Assembly: GCA_038249035.1 (NCBI GenBank)
Contig: JBBRWT010000001.1
Location: 1,247 to 65,246 of the forward strand
Direction: 5' to 3'
Length of the DNA: 64,000 bases
Source of the DNA: Actinomycetales bacterium
GTDB taxonomy: Bacteria; Actinomycetota; Actinomycetes; Actinomycetales; Microbacteriaceae
Part shown: positions 57,866 through 64,000 of the stretch, one piece after another
Layout of the letters: each line of letters begins with the position of its first letter
How positions within the stretch are numbered: position 1 is the stretch's first letter
Made by a program: the position numbers and the translations under genes
The notes under the pieces: model-generated
The model's database searches: none
What the model was told of the DNA's origin: nothing
The model's input: only the letters and a program-made list of their open reading frames with translations

Positions 57866-60394
57866 GTGAAACTAGTCGTCGTCGGCGGAGTCGCCGCCGG
57901 AGCATCCATTGCCGCGCGCACCCGTCGTCTCGACGAGTTCGCCGAGATCATCGTTCTGGAGCGCGGCCACCACGTCTCGTTTGCGAACTGTGGGCTGCCG
58001 TACTTCATCGGCGGAGTCATCACCGACCGCAGCCGGCTGCTCGTGCAGACCCCCGAATCTCTGCGCGAAGCCCTCGACCTCGACGTGCGCGTCGGAAACG
58101 AGGTCGTGTCGATCGACCGCGCCGCCAAGACGGTCACCGTGCGCCGAGTCGATGACGGCACCGAATACACCGAGTCGTACGATGCGCTTGCCCTCACCCC
58201 CGGCGCCGAGGCGGTGCGGCCCCCGATTCCCGGCATTGACCTTGACGGAGTGCACGTGTTGCGCCGCATGGGCGACATGGACCAGATCAAGGCGCAGCTG
58301 GATGCCCTGCTTACCGAGGCAGCCTCCGGCCGCCGCGGCCCCGTGCGTGCGGTGGTGATCGGCGCGGGCTACATCGGGCTCGAGATGGCCGAGAATCTGC
58401 GGCACCGCGGCGCCGAGGTCGATGTTGTGGAGCTCGCCGACCAGATTTTGCCGCCCATCGACCATGAACTCTCGGTACCAGTCGAGTCGCACTTGCGCAG
58501 CAGAGGCGTCGCCGTACACCTCGAGACCGGCGCTGCGGCGCTGCGCGAAGCCGACGGTGGCATCGACGTCGAACTGACCAACCACGAGGTGCTTCGCGCC
58601 GATCTCGTGATTCTGTCAGCTGGAGTACGGCCGAACACCGCTCTAGCTCGCGAGGCAGGCCTCGAGTTGGGCGCACACGGCGGCATTGCCGTCGACACAC
58701 ACATGCGCACGTCTGACCCCTTCATCTGGGCCGCCGGTGACGCTGTCGAGACCCCCAACACCGTGTTGCCGGGCTCGGGGCTCTCGCCCTTAGCTGGTCC
58801 GGCTAATCGAGAGGCGCGCGTCGCCGCCGAGAACATTTGCGGTCGCGACACCGAATACCACTCAACGCAGGGCACCTCGATCGTCAAGGTGTTCGACATG
58901 GTAGCGGGGGGCACGGGCGCAACCCAGCGCCAGCTGATCGCGGCGGGAGTGCCGCACCGCGCGGTTCACGTGCACCCTTCGGGCCACGCGGGTTACTACC
59001 CCGGCACCGCCATGATGCACCTCAAGGTCGTCTTCGACCCCGAGACGGGTCGTGTGCTCGGCGGCCAGGCTGCGGGCTTCGACGGGGTCGACAAGCGCAT
59101 CGATGTGCTGAGCGTTGCCGTGCGCAATCGGCTGACGGTTTTTGACCTCGAAGAGCTCGAGTTGGCTTACGCCCCGCCGTTCGGTTCGGCGAAAGACCCG
59201 ATTAACATGGTGGGCTTCGTGGCGAGCAACGTCGTTCGGGGCGACCTCGAGCTCTGGTACGCCGAGGATTACCCGGCAGCGGTCGAGGGCACCCGCGTCA
59301 TCGACGTACGCACGCCGGAAGAGTTCGGCATTTGGCACTTGCCCGGTGCCGAGAATGTGCCGCTCGCAACCCTTCGGTCGGTGTGCGGCGACTGGGATAC
59401 CGGTGCCCCGATCCGGCTCTACTGCGCCGTCGGATTCCGGTCGTACCTGGCGTATCGCTCGCTGCGGCAGCGCGGTTTTACTGACCTCAAGACTCTGTCG
59501 GGCGGCTCAACCACGTTCCGCGCCTGGCACGAGCTCGACGAGCCCGATGTGGCAGCGCAACGCGAGCCGATGGAGAACTACGCCGAGACGCACTCGCTGT
59601 TCGCGCTCGTCCCGACCGGCGTCGGCGCATCCATCGATCTCGATTGCACCGGTCTGGCCTGCCCCGGCCCGATCATGCGCCTGGCTGAGACTGTCACGGC
59701 CGCTAACGCGGGCGACGAAGTCACCGTGCACGTCTCTGACCCGGGATTCGCATCGGATGCCCCTGCCTGGGTGAAGCGCAGTGGCCACCAGCTCGTCTCA
59801 ATCGAGCCGGAAGGCCCGGGCTACGTCGCCGTTATTCGCAAGGGCGGCGCGGGCACGATGGCGTCGGCGAGGTCGGCCAGCAGAGGTACCAGCAGCGGTG
59901 CCGGCGGCGGCATTGTCAACGGCCCGGGCAAGACCTCATTCGTCGTGTTCTCGGGCGACATGGACAAGGTGCTCGCCTCGTTCATCATCGCCAATGGTGC
60001 TCTCGCGATGGGCGAAGAGGTGTCGATGTTCTTCACCTTCTGGGGGCTCAACGCGCTGCGACGCGAGCAGCCGCCGAAGCGCGAGAAGAAGTTGATGGAC
60101 CGCATGTTCGGCATGATGATGCCCTCCAGTGCCCAGCACTTGCCGCTCTCGACCATGAACATGGCAGGCATGGGGCCGGTGATGATCAAGAGCGTCATGA
60201 AGCATCACAACGTGCCGTCGCTGCCCGAACTCATTGCCTCAGCGCATACCGGCGGCGCGCGCCTCATCGGCTGCACGATGACCATGGACCTGCTCGGCAT
60301 CGCCCATAGCGACCTCATGGATGGAGTGGAGTTGGGCGGCGTCGCGACGTTCCTCGGTGAGGCCTCAGAGTCGACCACGACGCTGTTCATCTGA
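57866..60394 (+). CDS. four-domain fusion: CoA-disulfide/persulfide reductase + rhodanese + TusA-like + DsrE-like
   Basis: Redox Cys SFANCGLPY in an FAD/NAD(P) oxidoreductase; rhodanese loop CAVGFRS; TusA motif CPGP; and a C-terminal DsrE-like domain with LIGCTMT. 842 aa. Confidence 0.88.
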   Translation: MKLVVVGGVAAGASIAARTRRLDEFAEIIVLERGHHVSFANCGLPYFIGGVITDRSRLLVQTPESLREALDLDVRVGNEVVSIDRAAKTVTVRRVDDGTEYTESYDALALTPGAEAVRPPIPGIDLDGVHVLRRMGDMDQIKAQLDALLTEAASGRRGPVRAVVIGAGYIGLEMAENLRHRGAEVDVVELADQILPPIDHELSVPVESHLRSRGVAVHLETGAAALREADGGIDVELTNHEVLRADLVILSAGVRPNTALAREAGLELGAHGGIAVDTHMRTSDPFIWAAGDAVETPNTVLPGSGLSPLAGPANREARVAAENICGRDTEYHSTQGTSIVKVFDMVAGGTGATQRQLIAAGVPHRAVHVHPSGHAGYYPGTAMMHLKVVFDPETGRVLGGQAAGFDGVDKRIDVLSVAVRNRLTVFDLEELELAYAPPFGSAKDPINMVGFVASNVVRGDLELWYAEDYPAAVEGTRVIDVRTPEEFGIWHLPGAENVPLATLRSVCGDWDTGAPIRLYCAVGFRSYLAYRSLRQRGFTDLKTLSGGSTTFRAWHELDEPDVAAQREPMENYAETHSLFALVPTGVGASIDLDCTGLACPGPIMRLAETVTAANAGDEVTVHVSDPGFASDAPAWVKRSGHQLVSIEPEGPGYVAVIRKGGAGTMASARSASRGTSSGAGGGIVNGPGKTSFVVFSGDMDKVLASFIIANGALAMGEEVSMFFTFWGLNALRREQPPKREKKLMDRMFGMMMPSSAQHLPLSTMNMAGMGPVMIKSVMKHHNVPSLPELIASAHTGGARLIGCTMTMDLLGIAHSDLMDGVELGGVATFLGEASESTTTLFI

Positions 60395-60444
60395 GCACCG
60401 CGCGAGGCGCCGTATTCCCGAGCGCGTGACCTAGCATCGGGATC

Positions 60445-61110
60445 ATGAGCGATGATGCACCCCCGACCCCCATTCCGGTCGGGGGCATGCCAACCCGCTC
60501 CGGATCGGTCGCTCGTGTGCTGCTTCTGAGCGCGTTGGTGGCGACCGCGGTGGTCGGTCTCGCGTTCCAGCTCGGTATTGGCGACACCGTTTTCGCCCGC
60601 CCGGGCGAACTATTGTTGCTCTACGTCGACGTGGCACCCGTGCTGTGGTTCGCGTCGGCGGCCGTACTGCTGTCAGTCTTTCGCTGGCAGTCGATCGACC
60701 AACGATTCCGCTGGGTCATGCTGGCGACGGTGGGCGCCGTGGCGGTGTCGATCGTTGTGCGCCTGACCCTGTTCGGTCAGTCACCGCTCGTGGCCATGCT
60801 CGAACCGTTCACCCTCGGCTTTCTGGTGGTGGTCGCCGCGGCAATCGCCTTCACCCGCCCGCGCGTGCGCCGACTCGCCCGCGGGAGCGACGCTGGCATT
60901 ACTCTCACCGGCATCGGGCTCGGTTTCGCGCTGGTCGGCGCTGGGGTGGCGATCGGCGCACTCCGAGTTGCTCTGACCGGCCCTCCCGTGCCCCCAGGGG
61001 CAGTGTCGCGATACGTCGAGACCTCACCGACGACAGGGTTGCTCATCGCCGCGACCCTGCTGATGATCGCCGGGCTTTTCTGGCTGACTGACCGCACTCG
61101 AAACCGATAA
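60445..61110 (+). CDS. hypothetical six-TM membrane protein
   Basis: Six hydrophobic helices and no recognised motif. It lies 50 nt downstream of the sulfur-transfer fusion gene. Confidence 0.55.
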   Translation: MSDDAPPTPIPVGGMPTRSGSVARVLLLSALVATAVVGLAFQLGIGDTVFARPGELLLLYVDVAPVLWFASAAVLLSVFRWQSIDQRFRWVMLATVGAVAVSIVVRLTLFGQSPLVAMLEPFTLGFLVVVAAAIAFTRPRVRRLARGSDAGITLTGIGLGFALVGAGVAIGALRVALTGPPVPPGAVSRYVETSPTTGLLIAATLLMIAGLFWLTDRTRNR

Positions 61111-61121
61111 GGCCCACGCCC

Positions 61122-62204
61122 ATGGCACCCGCGCACATACCCGCACACACACCGGCACACACACCCGCACACACACCCGCGGACACATCCGCGCACACAT
61201 CCGCACAGCCCGTCATCCTCGACGTCGATACCGGAGTCGACGACGCCCTTGCGATTCTCTTGGCCGTGCGGCATCCGGCCCTCGATGTGCGCGCGATCAC
61301 GTGCACGGGGGGAAACGCGCCGCTCGCCCAAGTCGTGACGAACACCCTGCGGGTACTGGATGCGGCCGGCGCCGCCGACATTCCGGTCGCCGCCGGCGCG
61401 CACCGACCCCTGCTCGAGGAGCCGCAGCACGCGGCCGCCATCCATGGCGCCGATGGCCTGGCCGACCTCGGACTACCCGACTCGCGCCGCACGCCCGTGG
61501 CGATGCACGCGGTCGATTTGCTGCGCCGTACGCTGCTCGACAGCACCGAGCCCGTGACGCTTATCAGCTTGGCCCCCCTCACCAACATCGCCCTGCTGTT
61601 GCGCATGCATCCCGAGGTGGCCGAGCGCATCGCGCGGGTCGTCATGATGGGTGGAGCCGTTGGTGCGGGAAACGCGACGGCCGCGGCCGAGTTCAACGTG
61701 TGGCACGACCCCGAGGCCGCCGCCGTTGTGCTCAGCGAGGGGCTCGACGTGCTCATGTACGGGCTCGAGCCGTTCTACAAGGTCGCCGTCTCGCACGACG
61801 ACGCGCACAGCTTGAGCGCCGCCCTCGACCCGGCTCCGCGACTGGCGGGTGCACTGCTCACCCACCTGATCGGCATCGACGCAACGGAGGATCGCGTCGC
61901 TGACGACCGCGTCGCGATCGGCGATGCGGGAGCCGTGTGCGCCGCAATGGACGCCGGGCCCCTCGTCACCCGGCGCGTGCCCGTCGAGGTGGCGCTGGCT
62001 GCTGGCGCAACGCGCGGGCAGACCGTTGTTGACCTGCGCACGATGGAGGGTGCCGACATCTCAGCCCCCCGAGGAGCGGTACCGGCGACGGTCGTGCTCG
62101 ACGTCAATCCAGAGCCGTACCGTCGGTTGTTTCTTGAAGCGCTGCTCGGCCCCAGCGGTGTCGACAGTGACACCGCGTCTGCGGCCCCCGGCGTGCGAGT
62201 ATGA
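61122..62204 (+). CDS. nucleoside hydrolase (IUNH family) with a repeat-encoded N-terminal extension
   Basis: DVDTGVDDA aspartate cluster. ATG 61122 is the only in-frame start upstream of it. Confidence 0.88.
   Translation: MAPAHIPAHTPAHTPAHTPADTSAHTSAQPVILDVDTGVDDALAILLAVRHPALDVRAITCTGGNAPLAQVVTNTLRVLDAAGAADIPVAAGAHRPLLEEPQHAAAIHGADGLADLGLPDSRRTPVAMHAVDLLRRTLLDSTEPVTLISLAPLTNIALLLRMHPEVAERIARVVMMGGAVGAGNATAAAEFNVWHDPEAAAVVLSEGLDVLMYGLEPFYKVAVSHDDAHSLSAALDPAPRLAGALLTHLIGIDATEDRVADDRVAIGDAGAVCAAMDAGPLVTRRVPVEVALAAGATRGQTVVDLRTMEGADISAPRGAVPATVVLDVNPEPYRRLFLEALLGPSGVDSDTASAAPGVRV
61128..61205 (+). repeat. in-frame 12-nt tandem repeat, about 6.5 copies, CA-rich
   Basis: ccc gcR cac aYa units encoding PAHI-PAHT-PAHT-PAHT-PADT-SAHT-SA directly after the start codon. 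Confidence 0.95.
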
Positions 62205-63580
62205 CCGACGTCGTCGCACTGCTACGAGCGGCGGTCGGCGATGCTGTCTCGACCGACGTTGCAGTACTCGATGCCGCGCGCGGCGATAAGTCGGGGCAGC
62301 GTGCCACTGGGCAACCGTTAGCCGTCGTGTCGGCGCGCACCGTCGAGCACGTTCAGGCCGTGATGCGTATTGCGCACGAGCACCGCGTGCCCGTCGTGCC
62401 CCGCGGAGCCGGAACGGGTCTCACGGGGGGCGCCATGGCTGGCGGCGGCGAGCTAGTGATCTCGACGGCGGCCATGACCCAGATTCTGGAGATCGACGAG
62501 GCTGATCAGCTCGCGGTGGTTGAGCCGGGCATCCTGAACGCCGACCTCAATCAGGCGCTCGAACAGCTCGGGCTGCGCTGGGCACCCGACCCCGCGAGTC
62601 GCACCATTTCGACGGTCGGCGGCAACATCGCTACCAACGCGGGCGGGCTCCTATGCGCGAAATACGGAGTCACGCGCGAGGCCGTGCTGGGTCTCGACGT
62701 CGTGCTTGCCGACGGATCCCTGATGCGACTCGGGCACCGCACCGTCAAAGGCGTGACAGGCCTCGACCTCACCGCGCTCATGATCGGGTCGGAGGGCACG
62801 CTCGGCATCATCGTCGGCGCGACCCTCAAGCTCACTCCCCTGCCGACGGGTGCGGTCGCAACGATCGGCGCCTACTTCGCCACGATCGAGGATGCGGCTG
62901 CGGCCTCGGCGGCCATCACCGCGGCCCGCATCCGCCCCGCCGCCATGGAGCTGCTCGACCCGCTCGCGCTTGCGAGCATTCTGCGATACCTCGAGCTACC
63001 CGACAGTGCACTTGGCAGTGCACTCGACCGCGCACCGAATAGCGCGCACCTGCTCGTACAGACCGACGGTGAGGCCGCCGAGGCCGAGGCGCGCGCCGCC
63101 CTGGCGATCATCACTCACCTGGGCGGCACGGCAAGCATGACCACCGACCCCGTAGAGGGCGAACGGATGCTGGCGGTGCGCCGGGCGATGCACCCGGCTA
63201 TGGAGGCACTCGGCCACGTGCTCATCGAAGACGTGGCAGTGCCGCGGTCGCGGCTGCCCGAGATGTTCGAGGCGATCCGGGTCATCAGCGATCGCCACGG
63301 CATCCCGATTCCGACGGTCGCGCACGCGGGCGATGGCAACCTGCACCCCAACCTCATCTACACGGGTGATGACGTGCCCGAGACTGTGTGGGCGGCAGCG
63401 GGCGAGCTGTTCGAGGCTGCGCTCGCGCTCGGCGGCACACTCACGGGCGAACACGGTATCGGCACGCTCAAGCGCCGCTGGCTCGCCGACGAGCTCGGCG
63501 ATGCCCAGGTGGAGCTGCAACGTCAGATCAAGGCCGTCTTCGACCCGAGGGGCATTCTCAACCCCGGCAAGGTCTTCTAG
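62201..63580 (+). CDS. FAD-linked oxidase (GlcD / D-lactate dehydrogenase family)
   Basis: PCMH-type FAD-binding domain (PRGAGTGLTGGA) and C-terminal GEHGIG. ATGA overlap with the previous gene. Confidence 0.88.
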   Translation: MTDVVALLRAAVGDAVSTDVAVLDAARGDKSGQRATGQPLAVVSARTVEHVQAVMRIAHEHRVPVVPRGAGTGLTGGAMAGGGELVISTAAMTQILEIDEADQLAVVEPGILNADLNQALEQLGLRWAPDPASRTISTVGGNIATNAGGLLCAKYGVTREAVLGLDVVLADGSLMRLGHRTVKGVTGLDLTALMIGSEGTLGIIVGATLKLTPLPTGAVATIGAYFATIEDAAAASAAITAARIRPAAMELLDPLALASILRYLELPDSALGSALDRAPNSAHLLVQTDGEAAEAEARAALAIITHLGGTASMTTDPVEGERMLAVRRAMHPAMEALGHVLIEDVAVPRSRLPEMFEAIRVISDRHGIPIPTVAHAGDGNLHPNLIYTGDDVPETVWAAAGELFEAALALGGTLTGEHGIGTLKRRWLADELGDAQVELQRQIKAVFDPRGILNPGKVF

Positions 63581-63584
63581 CGCC

Positions 63585-64000
63585 TCACCGCTCGCGCGCT
63601 TCGCGGAGCAACGCGAGAACCTCCGCGTCGCTCACCTGGTCGAAGTTTGCGTAGAACTTGCCGACAGCACTGAAACTCCGCGACAGGATGACCGAGCGCA
63701 GTTCGTCAGCCTCGGGCAGGTCGCGCGCCGCCTCATCGGGGGCGCAGGGCACAGCGACGATCACCCGCTCCGCCCCCCGGGCACGGGCAACAAGGCAGGC
63801 AGCGCGTGCCGTCGCACCCGTGGCCAGGCCGTCGTCGACGATGAGGGCCGTGCGATCGTTAAGATCGACCGCGGCATGCTCGTTTCGCAGCGCCAAGACT
63901 CTGCGGTCGAGCTCACGTCGCTCGTCATCTTCGACCCGGGCGAGGGCGTGTGGGTCAATATGAAGCCGACTGGAGAGAGCCTCATCAAGTAACCGCACCC
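63585..64000 (-). CDS. phosphoribosyltransferase-family protein, 3' part (gene continues past the right edge)
   Basis: PRPP-binding motif LIVDDGLATGATARA. The frame is open to the window end. Confidence 0.75.
   Translation of the reverse strand, partial: VRLLDEALSSRLHIDPHALARVEDDERRELDRRVLALRNEHAAVDLNDRTALIVDDGLATGATARAACLVARARGAERVIVAVPCAPDEAARDLPEADELRSVILSRSFSAVGKFYANFDQVSDAEVLALLREARER

Noticed and set aside
1-64000. Search for mobile elements, genomic-island boundaries, CRISPR arrays, toxin-antitoxin pairs or defence-system genes.
   Set aside because: No integrase, transposase, recombinase, nuclease-helicase or Cas-like product was found. There are no long direct or inverted terminal repeats and no compositionally foreign block. 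All low-GC patches are short intergenic regions, so the window looks like conserved core chromosome.

Overview
The window is a high-G+C actinobacterial chromosomal core segment, and its gene order looks Microbacteriaceae-like. About 60 closely packed protein genes are supported. There is no rRNA, tRNA, CRISPR array, transposase, integrase, prophage gene or recognisable defence gene. From left to right the window contains: cytochrome aa3 oxidase (ctaF-ctaD-ctaC), a HesB-type Fe-S carrier, an M20 dipeptidase, pyrD, nrdR, hisD and dnaE. The complete division/cell-wall (dcw) cluster then follows on the minus strand: mraZ-rsmH-ftsL-ftsI-murE-[murF remnant]-mraY-murD-ftsW-murG-murC-ftsQ-ftsZ-yggS-sepF-yggT-divIVA. 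After it come a polyprenyl synthase, an Rv2175c-like / LysM / PASTA-kinase locus, class II DAHP synthase, plsC, glk, an acyl-CoA ligase, def, two ParA/MinD-type ATPases flanking pyruvate carboxylase, and a MerR-MerR(FtsR-like)-GarA-pgsA block. The right end holds metabolic genes: an SDR, a zwf-like gene, GH15, ldh, a four-domain CoA-disulfide-reductase/rhodanese/TusA/DsrE fusion, a nucleoside hydrolase and a GlcD-like oxidase. I do not see a clear multi-gene novel system. The most unusual observation is that the murF slot of the dcw cluster holds only a 218-codon, motif-degenerate C-terminal remnant that is still translationally coupled to its neighbours. Lesser observations are: a non-canonical MurE specificity motif; a zwf-like gene lacking the signature active-site lysine; a 4x14-bp A-rich tandem array beside an orphan parA; an in-frame (PAHT)n 12-nt repeat at the start of a nucleoside hydrolase; and a textbook triple MraZ operator. 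ORF starts were refined by eye, because the track gives the longest ATG/GTG/TTG ORFs, so they may be off by some codons.
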